DNA of 64,000 nucleotides from Bugula neritina. Its lineage: Eukaryota; Animalia; Bryozoa. The stretch lies in the NCBI GenBank assembly GCA_964035545.1, contig OZ037766.1, forward strand, positions 21,254,767-21,318,766, given 5' to 3'. Shown here piece after piece: positions 1 through 13,700 of this stretch (within the stretch, counting starts at the first letter, position 1; each line of letters opens with the position of its first letter). A program made the translations under genes and the position numbers. Below the pieces are notes generated by a model. That model had not been told where the DNA came from. It saw nothing but the letters and a program-made list of their open reading frames with translations, and searched no databases.

Positions 1-1742
1 AACCATATATATTAAACATTATAGGAAGGCTTTAGGGTATTTCTTCTGTAACTATAACTGAGATAAATTGGCTCTATAGTCATTATATTAAGATAGTATA
101 AAAATATGCATTTTAACCAATAGCATTGTTTTAAAAACCAAATTGCTTATGTATATATATATAGTTCAGCCTAAATTTATTAGCAAAGCTCAATTGTACA
201 CATTTAAAATATTATCTTCCGGAGTCCAGATCAACCAGCTCATGCTTCTCATTACTTTTTTGTAAAAGTAGTTATTATATAATAAAAATGGTGAAGAAAA
301 TCATTATCAGACACATATTTACTTATAATTCGCCTTTTTTATAGCTGATCAATAATAATGTTTGCCTTATAACTAATAAACCCATTCCTTTGCTTGTTTT
401 CGTCCAAATAATCCACTTTTTTCAGATTTTTTCACAAGAAAATCACTAGAAATAAACTCAGAGAAGTGAAAAACACATCTATGATTATCTGCAAAAGTTT
501 TTGCTTGTATATATAATAGACTAGCTTCAATAATTTCAAGATAATATTTAATGGATTTGGACAAAGTTGTGGGGAAACAACTCCTGTAACATTTAAAAGA
601 GTTTTTGTGACTAACCGGGTGAACAGAAAAATTTAGAGTTTTTATAAAAGAAAAGTAAAAAAATTATCAATAATTATTAGCAAATTTATTTTGCTTATAT
701 AAAATAAATTAGCTTGAATAATTCTAAAATATTTAGCCGATTCACAAAAACGTTAAGAGAAAACAACTGCTGAATAATTTTAAAAGTTTGAAGCGCTTTT
801 GTGGCTAACTGGGTGCACAGAACAGTCTAGAGTTTTCACAGATTAATTAGGACCCTTCAAACTTTCTATTTCTAAAAGAATTGGGTGGCCACCTCTCGAA
901 GTGTAATGAGTGAAAGATAATTGGAGGTTACTTCTAGACTATTAAGCATGAAGTGTTGTGCAAGGGTGATTTAATTAGTATTTTTATTTCACAGTTCATG
1001 TAAAATGACAGCTATAAGCAATGAACTCAAAATATCCAGTTCAATGGCTATAGTGACTGCAATTCTATTCTAGCTACAGTCAGTCAGCTTATATAGGCCC
1101 TTCATATGTAGACTATTAACTGAAAAACTAGAGTAAAAAGTATTAAAGCCAAGCAAACATTTTGGGTCTGCTGTACTGTATTTATGATAAACTTGGTAAA
1201 AGTTTACCTCATAGTTTATAAAATATAGTTTGCATTTGAATTTGGCGTCAAAAAATTATTGGTATTGAATGAAATAGTAAATTTCTGGCTTGGCAATTAA
1301 TTATTTGATATCACATTTAATCTTTAAAATTATCTGTAAGCCACTAAACTGCATTATACTATGCTATTATTCTTAATACCAGTAAATACAAGCATTGGAG
1401 ACAAAAAATAATAAACATCTTGGACGTTACTCTAAAATTAAATAGTCAAAGCTGCACATCATACACCAAACCAAACAACTCCACAAGATATGCAGATAAC
1501 TGATAAGGGCAATATTATTAGCATATAAAAATTCAGACATGCCAAATAAAGCCTCGCCTAAACTAAACTTTGAAAACCATGTTGTAGATTTTCCTGTTGC
1601 TCAGAGCAACTTTTTTGAAATGTTCGATATATAATTTTAATTCTAATATCAATTCTACTAATTTTCGGACTAATGCACCTTTGGACTAATGCACTTTCAG
1701 AACATTGCTCCGTCCCCATTGTTTACAACTAAATCTTCTCAC

Positions 1743-4700
1743 TTTTGGCAAGAAGGGTTGAGAAGCCATAAACTATCAAATCTTCTGAGAATATCTTCTT
1801 CACAAAACACTGTTTACTGGACTGCTCCGGGTTGTTCAACACTTTTGGTTCATTAGACAGGAAACAGGTTGATGTATCTTTGTCATATGACACAGCAACA
1901 CATGACTGATTGGTTGAACACAGAGCCAAACAAAATTCATGGTTACAGGTTTTCCTCTGAGAATAAAATGTTGGCACATCAGTAAATACCTCTTGCAAAA
2001 ACACATTTTCACCTAAAATATAATGCATATAATTAGCAACCAAACACTTTTAAGAATTTTATTGGCATATATTTAAGTTTTATAGTTGTAAGAGAATCAG
2101 GTTTATCCAATATTGACTATATGTATAGTTAGAAGTCTTTATTGTATAAGTTAACTTAATGAGGTATATTATAAGGTAGGATGCATAATGCCTTGCTAGA
2201 TGCAGCATTTGAAAAAAGAATTTATTGTTTCAATAGCCATTTTCTAAAACAAAAATAAAACTTCAAACTTTATTTTAAAGTAGTGTCAAACTTTGTTTAT
2301 CACTATGTTGGAAAACAAATTAAAGACTCTAAATAAAGCAAATGTTTAAGATTGAATGTTTGATGCTCTTTGCTAGTTGTCTAGGAGCAATTGTAGCTTT
2401 ATACAGAAGACACCATTTGAGTTGTGAACGTTATCGTTTATTTTCACGAATTTTCTACTGAGTAAACACCATGTTTAAATGAGCTGCATATATACTAACT
2501 ACATTGGTAGTATAAATAAGCTGTGTTTTTTGTATTATTGTTATAGACAATATTCTTTTGTCGGAAGCTACTGATAGCTTCTTTTTGCTATCAGTAGCTT
2601 CAGACTGTTTGCCTCTCTTATCTTATGTTAAAAGTATATTGTTTGGTTAAAAAATTTTGTGTTCTTATCATTCAGTAACAACAGCTCCAACTGGATAGTA
2701 GCACACACATCATATTATGCCGTTCACATGAGCTATATATCAGCTATATATTGAGCTAATAGTCACAAACTCAAGCTGCTAGACTTTTGCAGGGCTCGTG
2801 ACTCCTAGGTAACTTCTAGAGTCGCTTTAGCCCTCTGGCTTGAGTTCACACACCTTTTTAAATATGTTTTAGTAAAAGCATAAGGTTCTACTTTTCTACT
2901 ATTCCAAAGGTGTGGTGCAAACAACAAATATGCATGCGTATACAAATATAGATACTTATGGGTTCAAGAAAGCACCCAGGTAAAGAAATTATGTTATTTG
3001 TTTTTTATACCTGTTGAATTAATTTTAATGAAGAGAGTTGTCTCCTCTGAGTTTCCTTCTTCCGGCTGTTCCAAAGACTCATTAAATAGTTGACACGTTT
3101 TGTTTGCTGATTCAAAGATACCAGACTGACACTGACTGTTGAGGAAACTGCACTGAGTCATACATTCTATCACAGATCGAGCTGCAAAAAATCAAACTCT
3201 TCGTTTTTTTCATCTTTCATTAGACATATAAAATAGCACCAATAATATTGTTTTTCTATATAAATTGATTTCAGTTAGATCTTAGCCATGCAGTGTGGTT
3301 TGAGCAATGTTTTCAGTGTGATCCATGCATTACGTCATAAATTCAATTTTGCATATTTACTTTCTATTTTAGTGGGGACACCAACATTAAAAAATTGAGC
3401 TAGTGAAGTGCGCCATTAGTTGCCATATATCATTCTAACACTTGTATAACATTTCAAATACACCAGATATCTTTTTATCTGTGGGGTTCTTGCTTGAAAA
3501 GGGTAGATTTGCAAAGATCGGACAATTGCCAAGGAAAAAATGAAATTTTAAATGTGCAATTATTTTAGTAATTTAAATTTGACATTATTTCATTATATAT
3601 TTCATGAATGTTGTAGACACATGAAAGCTTCTCCCCAAAAGGTTATTCCAAAGAAAAAACTGGTAGGCGGGCAGAACTTGTGGATACTATGCAGAATGCT
3701 TTAGTTTCATATAAAAGTAGTCATACTCTAGTCCGTTAATTGTAGTAGTCTGTTTACATTTGTAGATCTATCATATGCTTAGAGTAGACCTTTTATATTC
3801 AAAGGAATAAACCATTAATAGCTATTCAATGGTTTCTAAGTCTAGCAAAGAAAACAAAGCCTATGGTATGATGCATTGCTATTTTTAATCATAGACACTA
3901 TTTTATTTTAGCATATATCATGACAATTTCTAGCATGTAGACATTCTAGTGTGTCCTGATATTTTACAAATTTTTTTATTTTATTCTGGCAAAATAAAAT
4001 CTTCTTATATAATTTCATAAATTAAAAATAAAAATTATATTATTGTATTGGTATGCCACCCAGATGTATTGGCAGGCACCCAATCATTAAAGCTTTCAAG
4101 CTTCAAAAGCTTTCACCAAAGCTACTATTGTGGTAAATATTAAGAGTTATCCCCCTTGACACTTTACTTATGGCTATTTTTCTAAATACTGTAACCATAG
4201 CTAATTATGTAGCGTAACTTTCTAATACCTTAAACACTATGGCTAATGTTGAGCTTTTAACATAGTAAATAGTTAATCCCCTTTCCCCCAACTACAAGTT
4301 ACAATACGCATACACTTGGTTATTGGGTTCATTTTTGTTGATTCATGTAAACCGACAGTTGGACCGATTTCGGCAGGTGGATGCAGGCAGACCGAATGTC
4401 GGTTACCAATATTTCCAGTGTCGGTTACCGACATGACGAATGTCGGTATCCCCTGCCGAACATCGGCCCGCTGTCGGTAGAAGGTTCTAGAGGTCCTTTG
4501 TTCTACCAGTATAAAAGGACACGCATTTTAGAGCTTCAGTCACTTGCGGACTGGAGCTCACACTGGATACTTCTCACTGCTACAATAAAGTACTGCAAGC
4601 ACACGGCACCCTCTCTCTCTTGTCTCTTCTATAACAAGGAGTTATGTTCTCTGCCTGATTTCATTCTATCACCCACAAAACTACTACATTGGTGGCAGCG

Positions 4701-7700
4701 GTGGGATCAGAATAGTCAGGCAGCCCTTGGAAGAGACAAGGAGCTAGCCAAATGTCAAGGACACCAGAAGATGGAAGAGAGGCTCTCACCCTGGAGAGCC
4801 TAGTAACCGCCCTCCGGGCAATCGGCCCGGCTAACCCGGCACCACCTCTCGACAGGTATCGCCTTCAGCCGCCGATTTTCGGAGGGGACTGCAACGTGGA
4901 GCAGTTTATCAAAGAATTCGAAGATGTTGCTACCATCGCCGCGTGGCCAGCACCGGTACGTCTTCTACAGCTGCGGTCATGTCTGACTGGACCAGCTAAG
5001 AACTACGCTGTCGGAGAGAGTGTTGGGCAGATCTATCAGGCACTCCGGACACGGTTCGGTCTGACTGCTAGAGAAGCCCGAACCAAACTCCAGAACATGA
5101 AGAGGGACCGAAGGACCTCGCTGCAAGACTATGCTAACGCCATTGAAAGACTGGCATTGATAGCATACAGCCGAACCGCTCTAGACGAGCGGCGGGAGCT
5201 AGTCTACGAGGCCTTCTTCAGTACCGTCAACGACAGCGCTCTACAGAAGCACTACCTGGCCGCCAAGATTTCCACGATCGAGGAAGCTCTAGCAATGGGC
5301 CGGTCCTACTATCAAGTAGACAACCCCCATAGAGCCGACTTCTCAGCAAGTCAAGTGGAAGAGGCGGCCAGAGAAGAAGAAGCCACAGTTGCCACTGTTG
5401 CTGACCCTGCACCCTCTTCCTCGCAGATCACCATGTTGGTAGACATGGTGAAAGGCCTGCAACTGGAAGTAGCGAGACTGCAACAGCAACAGGGAGGCAG
5501 GAGGACGACCGAAATTCGGACTAACCCAACCAGGCCGAACCAACCCACATGCTGGGGGTGTGGCGCCTCGGGTCACGTCCAGCGGCGTTGTCCCCAAAAG
5601 GGGAAACTACCTTTAAACGCCAGAGGCTCACGGTAGATTCCGCCAACCGTGAGCCCAGGTCAAACCTCCCACTCAAGGGTACACCAGACGCATCCGGAGG
5701 GACGATGGACAGAGCGGCCAACCTCGGACGGCCTAGTCCTGGGAAGAGGGGGCCTAGGGGCCCACCTCGACCTCCAGCCATGCCAAGAAGTACCCGGAAG
5801 GAGCCAGCTGACACGGGGTGGCAGGCACCCCGGAGACCTCGGAGACCGCAAGGTTTTCCCGAACCTCCTGCCTGGCCACTCCACAACCGGTTCGCGGAGT
5901 TAACCCACGAGGTCATAGAAGAAGATCCAGCTTACTCGCAAGAGTTTCCCAAGCTACCTTCTAGGCCTCTAAAAACCCCCGCTGTCGCAAAGACAAGGAG
6001 GCGACCCCACGTGGTAACCCAGGGGGTGTCACCCACAGAGGCCGACCAGCCTAAGAGTGTCCAGCCATATGGAAGGAGCTACTTCCTACCCGGGAAGATT
6101 GCGGGAAAAGCTGCCACCTTCCTGTTGGACACCGGTTGTACTACCAACCTGCTGAGTCGGCGCCTGTTTGACACCCTTGGGGCCCACGTGAGGGCCAGTC
6201 TCGAGCCGTATGAGGGGGCGCATGGTACGTTGGCGGACGGATCATGCATTCCCTTCTACGGCGTCCTTACACTACATGGACGGGTCCGAGATCAGGCGAT
6301 CCACGAGACCTTTATTGTCAGCCATCTGAAGGAGGACGCAATTCTGGGCATGCCGTTTCTGGAGAAACACCAGTGTCGCATAGACTTCCAGAATTCTGCG
6401 TTGGTGATGGCTGGCAAGGAACTTGTCTGCGTCGACAAGTTCGGTAGGCCCTTGGTAAGTGGGGTCCAAGTAGTGCACAACTGCACTGTACCCGGACGGT
6501 CCCAGGCTACCCTACGCTGCAAGGTCAACTGCAAGGGGATAGCTGGACTGGGACTGGTGGAAGGAATGCCAGGAGGGATCCAGTTGGCAAACAGCCTGAA
6601 TCGGCTAGACTGCCAGGGAGAACTCCTCGTACAGTGCATCAACCCCTTCACCGAGCCGATCAAGCTATCGGCAGGCGCCCTGGTAGGGAAGTACCACTCC
6701 ATCCAGGAATCGGATGTGGGGCCGGCACTGGAGACAGTGACCGACGCCCCGGGTGCTTCCCCTCGGGCTGGACGGACGGAGATACCGGAGCATGTGGCTG
6801 GCCTATATGATGGGGCCTGTGGGAACTGTAGCAGTAGTGCCGATCCCCAAGCACTGGCTCGACTACTGGTGGACTACAGTGACGTCTTCAGTCGCGGAGA
6901 TGAAGACATGGGGCTGACCAAAGTGGTGTGTCATGAGATACCCTTGGCAGCCGAGACCACACCCATCAGGCAGCCCACACGACAGCTAGGTCCGGAGAAG
7001 GAGAAGGAAGTAAGCAGACAAGTGCAAGATCTTCTCGACCGGGACCTGATTGAGCCTGCCCACGGTGCGTGGAGCTCTCCTGTGGTCTTGGTCAAGAAGA
7101 AGGATGGTACCTGGAGGTTCTGCGTGGACTACCGCAGACTCAACAGTGTCACCATCCAGGAGGCTTACCCTCTCCCCAGGATAGACGAGTCTCTAGACGC
7201 CCTCGCGGGAAGCAAGTACTTTAGTACTTTGGACCTGCTGAGCGGGTACTGGCAAGTGCCCCTCAGTCCCGATGCACAGGACAAGGCAGCGTTCATCACC
7301 CGCAATGGGCTCTGGAAATGGAAGGTTCTGCCATTTGGACTAACGTCCGCCCCGGCAACCTTCCAGCGACTCATGGAGCAGGTCCTCAGTGGATTGCACT
7401 GAAAGACCTTGCTCATCTACCAGGACGATGTCATAGTAATCTCCCCAGACTTTGCGACTCATGTCAGTCGTCTGCGGGAGGTCTTTGACCGTCTCCGGAC
7501 CGCCGGATTGAAACTAAAGCCCTCCAAGTGTACACTCCTACAGCCGGAGGTGAAGTACCTAGGCCATGTGGTTGGTCGTGACGGCGTCGCTACCGACCCG
7601 GAGAAGGTGCGGGCTGTGGAAGAGTGGACTGTCCCCCGAGACCTCACTGAGCTGCACGCATTCCTGGGCCTGGTGGGGTACTATTGGCAGTATATCCCCG

Positions 7701-10700
7701 GGTTTGCAGGAGTTGCACAGCCACTGAATCGGCTAACAGCTAAGGGGGTCTGGTGGCAGTGGACACAGGAGGAGCAACAGGCATTTGACCACCTCAAAAG
7801 TCGGCTAACAGAGGCGCCTATTCTGGCATACCCTGACCCAGCCAAGGAATACATCCTGGACACCGACGCCAGCGACCACAATGTGGGAGCTGTTCTGTCA
7901 CAGGTTCAGGGTGGAGCTGAGGTGGTCGTCGCCTACTACAGCAAGACCCTCTCCCCCGCCGAGAAGAACTACTGCACCACCAGGAAGGAGCTCCTGGCAG
8001 TGGTTAAGGCGGTGAAGCACTTCCGGCCATATTTGTATGGGAAAGCGTTCAGGTTGCGAACAGACCATGCATCTCTTATATGGCTGTGTAAGCGTGCAGA
8101 GCCCTCGAGCCAGGTGGCTCGGTGGCTGGAGATTCTTGCTGAATTTTTATACAGGATTGAGCACCGTGCTGGGAGGAAGCATGGGAATGCTGATGGGATG
8201 AGCAGACGGCCAGAGGAGGCCTGCAAGCAGTGTCTGCACATCGAGGAGCGAGATGGAGGACCCGCTCGCCTGGACGTAGAGAGAGAGCTGGGGAGCGACG
8301 ACATCCATAGTTGGGAAGGCGGCCAGCTTCGGTCCGAACGCCCACCGGATACCGTCAATGCCTTACGGGCCAACCCCACGCTGTATCAAAACGTCCAGGA
8401 GCTGAGTCGGCTTCAGCAGACACTGCCAGGAGCAGTGGCTGACATCTTCCGGGCCAAAAAGGAGGGCCGCCGACCTACCGAGGAACAGCAGCGACAAGGG
8501 GACGTCGAGTACCGACACCTCTGTAGCCGCTGGGATTCCCTCAAGGTCAGCCAGGATGGCCTCCTCACCATTACACTCGCAGCAGATAACCGCCGTGAGA
8601 GGGAACGCGTCGTATGTCCACGTGCCCTCCAGCGGGAAATAATCTGGGACACCCATAAACAGGCCCATTCAGGGGCCAGTCGGGTCATCAGATGTCTGAG
8701 ACTGCGCTGGTACTGGCCTGGACTGACTCGGGACGTACGACTGCGGATACGGCAGTGCGAGGTCCGCCAGGCTAGTAAACATGGCCGCCCTACCGAGACC
8801 ACCGGTCGACGCCGGCTATACGCTGGTCGGCCATGGCAGGTAGTGGCCGTGGATCTAGTCGGACCTATGCCGTTATCCGCCAGAGGGAACACCTGGATAC
8901 TGGTGCTCACGGACCACTTCACCCGGTAGGCTGATGCCCTGGCTATACCAGATGCATCAGCCCCCACCGTGGCCCGAACCCTGGATCAGCAAGTGTTCTG
9001 CTATTTCAGGCTTCCCAAACAGATTCACACTGACCAGGGGGCCCAGTTCCAGTCCCAGCTAATGGGAGACCTCTGCCGGATATGGGGGGTGAACCAAAGC
9101 CGGACGACCCCATATCACCCACAAGGGAACGGAGTCGTCGAGAGGAACAACAGAATGTTAGGAGATGCCCTCCGAAGCCTGCTCTTAGGCCGAGGACAGG
9201 AAGAATGGGACGTGGTGCTGCCCCAGATAATGCGGGCCTACCGCAGCACACCACACTCCAGTACCCTGGAAACCCCAAACTTCCTGATGCTTGGTCGAGA
9301 GACTCGCATCCCGGAGCACCTAACATATCATGTTCCTGCGCCCGAGGCCCCCGTACATGAGTACCAGGGGGAAGCTCATCGAGACGATGGAGCAGGCTCA
9401 TGAAGCCTTGCGCGAGCAGCAGTGGCAGACGAGGACGGAGGACTCTGAGGAGCCCCCACTATACCAAGTGGGAGACTGGGTATGGATGGTGAGCCATCGC
9501 AGGCGGCGCGGACAGTCGGCTAAACTTCAGCCCAAGTTCGTGGGGCCCTACTGCATCATAGAGGTTTTACCGAACCACACATACCGTGTGGAACGCTCAG
9601 GGCAGGTCTCAGTCCAAAACGAGCAGCGGTTGAAACCCTATGAGGGCAGCCCAGACGCTGCGGGGCAGGCACCTCCCCTACTCGAGCCGGCTCGCCAGCC
9701 CATCTCCAGAGGACGGGTGGCTCGGCCCAGAGAGTGGGAGATTGCAGTCCAAGACCCAGTGGAACCGGACCGGACACCAGAACCTCCTCCTCCACCTGGT
9801 CCACCAGTTGCGCCGGCCCCAGAGCCGGCCCCGGTGCCAGGAGGTGCACCTCACGCTGAAGGAAGTGACCTAGGGACCCCTGCCCCTATCACACTTCCAC
9901 CCCAGCCTGAGGCACCTGTGGAGTTGGAGAGACAGTCAAGAAGTAGGAGACCCCCAGGGTATCTAGCAGATTATCACGTGGGACCCGTGAATCTAACCCC
10001 AATGGAACCTAATTCGCCTAGCACAGGCATAGACTTTCATCTCTGTGGGCCTAGATACCCTGCTCGTGATACTGAAATTGAGTTCACGCACCCAAGATCG
10101 GCAGATACTGACCCTTCACTAGGTTCTGCCAACAATCAGGATGAAACAGACGATGACATGGTTCTCCCGCAGCCAGAGTCGTCATACAACCACGTGGATA
10201 CTGGAGTAGACGAAGCGATTCCACCCGACTTCCTCTTTATCCGGAACCCTGGCTCGGCTCCAGTCAGCCCGACGGGTTCCCCCTCTCTGGCCCTGTCTGC
10301 CCCCACTGCTCTAGAGGAGCTTCCTTTACCTGTAGAAGCTCAACTCCCTGCGGAAGAAGCGCAAGTGACTCTGGGCAGTTGGGCTGTCTGGATAGACCTC
10401 GACGGACCTGGACGGAGAACACGAACGCTACCAAACGTACTGACGGGTCGTGCTGGCCACGATAGACGACAGTAGCCAGAACCTGCCCAAGGCTAAGAAG
10501 AGACCTCGACCTATCCACCACCATCTCTCACTCATCATCCACTTACTGCGCTCTACCCCCCCCACTCGCAACCAGCCTACCTGTCCCTGCCCACACGAAG
10601 GAGATATCTGGAGACTCAAGAGACCTCTTCGAAGGAGACATTCAGGCTTTGCTAAGGAGTGATAGATGAGACTTTATATTACTTTTATTAGTGTGTTATA

Positions 10701-13700
10701 AGTATTATTACAAATATGTGTGTGAACAATAGTGTGCATTGCAGTATCAAAGTTTTTTTTTTATTTTTTATTTTACTATTATTATTAGCATTTATCAGTA
10801 TTATACCATTTTTCTCTAGAACCTGAACCTCAACCAAGTTTTTATTATTTTTCTGTATTCCCAATAGCCCTAGCCCTGTATTCTCATGCTGGTTCCCATG
10901 CCCCTTGGCCAGTTGATTTACGTGTTATATTTCCCTCTGTTTTTGTATCAGAAACTGTACTTTCTGATAGGGGGTGTGTGTGGTAAATATTAAGAGTTAT
11001 CCCCCTTGACACTTTACTTATGGCTATTTTTCTAAATACTGTAACCATAGCTAATTATGTAGCGTAACTTTCTAATACCTTAAACACTATGGCTAATGTT
11101 GAGCTTTTAACATAGTAAATAGTTAATCCCCTTTCCCCCAATTACAAGTTACAATACGCATACACTTGGTTGGGTTCATTTTTGTTGATTCATGTAAACC
11201 GACAGTTGGACCGATTTCGGCAGGTGGATGCAGGCAGACCGAATGTCGGTTACCGATATTTCCAGTGTCGGTTACCGACATGACGAATGTCTGTATCCCC
11301 TGCCGAACATCGGCCCGCTGTCGGTAGAAGGTTCTAGAGGTCCTTTGTTCTACCAGTATAAAAGGACACGCATTTTAGAGCTTCAGTCACTTGCGGACTG
11401 GAGCTCACACTGGATACTTCTCACTGCTACAATAAAGTACTGCAAGCACACGGCAACCTCTCTCTCTCTCTCTTGTCTCTTCTATAACAAGGAGTTATGT
11501 TCTCTGCCTGATTTCATTCTATCACCCACAAAACTACTACACTATTAGCTGGCAGAGCTAGTTCATTCACTGTACTGCATGAGTCAGTGTATCATGATCA
11601 AACCGCCATATTTACACTCTTTGTATGAATAAACTATCGGTTTCGGCATTGTGATGGCTAAGATTTTTATCCACGCATCAATATTGTAAGTTTATTAGAA
11701 TTATAATAGTTCATGTCAATTTTTTTGGTTCTGTAATATTCATAGTGTTCCTCTGAATTTTGATTTATATTGTGACTACTTATTTATACAATTTCTAATA
11801 TTTCCCATTTTATAGGGTACGATTTGACAGTTAATAAACTCGAAAACCTGTTGCCAAGTTGGCTAGTAGTTAAAGCATATCTTGCAACCAGACACAAACA
11901 CAAACCGATACAGTACCAATATTGTTGAGGCTGACATGGACCGACAGGACATAGTTAATCTCAAGAAGCAACGTACTACTCTGAGGTCTAAGGTAACAAT
12001 GCTAACTAATCTCATAGAACCAGCAATCTCTAGTAGCAACTCTACACAAGTGGAATGCCTGCGATCTCAGCTTGAATCTACATATCAAGAGTTTCTAACT
12101 ATTCATTATGACTTTTTGGAATACGTTTCATCAGATGAGTCTATGGAAGACATTGCTTATGTTAATAAGATGAGTCCAGTAGAGTACTATCAAGCTGTAA
12201 AGGCTAGTTATGACAAAGCTATTTCTGACTGTAATACTTGGCATAGCAAATTCTATAAAATCAAGCACAGCCTTATTTTAGCAATTAAGAAAGCCAATGG
12301 ATTAGTTACTGATTGTACTGACAATACTCTTATCACTGAACATCTTAGGAAATGTGTAGCTCTTTCAGAAAGTTTGGCAGATACCGTAGGTTTTTCTGAT
12401 TTATTATTAGAACTAGACGAAGTTATTTTATCTTTAGATTATTGTATGTCTAAGTTTACTCTTATGTCAAGGGCTCAGTCACAGAGCATGAATTTCAAAC
12501 ACCGTGAATCTGATCCGTCCGTGGTCCGATCCGGTCTCGCGGAGAGCGGTATGAGTGGGGGTTCACCTCCAGACGGCGCGAGTCATGCACCGACTATGGT
12601 CGCGTCGAGTCGGTTGTTTCCTCCTAGATCACACCCTAGCACACATGAGGCTACTCTTGCACCAAATCCAGGTATCACAGCAAGTGGTAGTGATAGGCAG
12701 GTACTACGGGAAGATCACACATCGGGTGAAGCTTTGGCATCAAATCCAGGTGTCATAGCAAGTACCAATCTCAAAGATGTTCGTTTTTCTACATTCTCAG
12801 TACGTGATCTACATGGTAGTCCTGATCGTGCAGCTCATTCTGAATCTTTGATTCGCGGCGCAACTTCCTCGGTTGTCAATGCATATGATAGCTACCCTAA
12901 TGGGACAACTCAAATGAGTTATGACTCTAGACATACAGGTGGAAATAACTTCAATTCATCTATACATAAAACTTGTTCACAACCCAAGCCATTTAACGGC
13001 ACTAGATACTATTGGCCGGAATTTAGGTCAGTGTGGCTAAGGTATGCCACTATGTTTTACGATGATGTCGATAGGGCTTGTGAATTAAAAAAATTTCTCA
13101 CAGGCGAAGCTCTGGAGATGGTTCAGCCAATCTTCGCAACTCAGCCTCAAGCTTACGAGAGAATGATGTGTAGATTGGAAGAGGTCTACAATGATCTTAG
13201 CATGAGTGTGCAAGCAGTCTTCAACAACCTACAAGAACTAAAGCCAGTAAAGGAAGGAGATGCACGAGAACTCGTCAAAATGGCCAACGCAGTGGAAAGT
13301 TCGTACAGCCAACTCGGTGAAGTGAGACTTTTGCAAACTGTTACGCTGCCACAAGTCGATACTCTTGCAAACCTATTACCTACAAGCATTAGACGGGATT
13401 GGGATAGACACTTTCACATGCTTACTCACGAGGAGAGAATCAAGCCATTCCCACACCTCATGAGGTTTCTAGAGCAGGAACGGCAGATAGCCCTCAGACG
13501 CATAGAAACCGTAAACCCGCAGTCCTCCAGTATGCATAAACAGAAGGTGAAAGCGTTCCACACTGAAAGCAGTGGCCCAAAGTCTAGTAGTAACAGGTCT
13601 ACTAATAATAGCAAAATCATTGATAGTGAGAATTACTGTTTTATTCATCGCAGTGAGCGTCATTGTCTTGTTGAGTGCAGAAATTTCTTGGCGTTGTCTG

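Larger units (their letters stand above)
4129..11541 (+). mobile_element. Full-length Ty3/Gypsy LTR retrotransposon nested in the BEL 5' LTR
   Basis: LTRs 4129-4688 and 10979-11541 (TG...CA, about 4 substitutions, 2 indels). 4-bp TSD CTAT at 4125-4128 and 11542-11545. PBS, PPT and gag/PR-RT-RH-IN order present. Confidence 0.97.

Noticed and set aside
4381-4803. 140-aa ORF and its 106-aa twin at 11228-11548
   Set aside because: Lie within the Gypsy LTRs across the TATA box and PBS; similarity only reflects LTR duplication.
5227-10619. Many short antisense or alternative-frame ORFs over the Gypsy
   Set aside because: Expected shadow ORFs of GC-rich gag-pol; no motifs.
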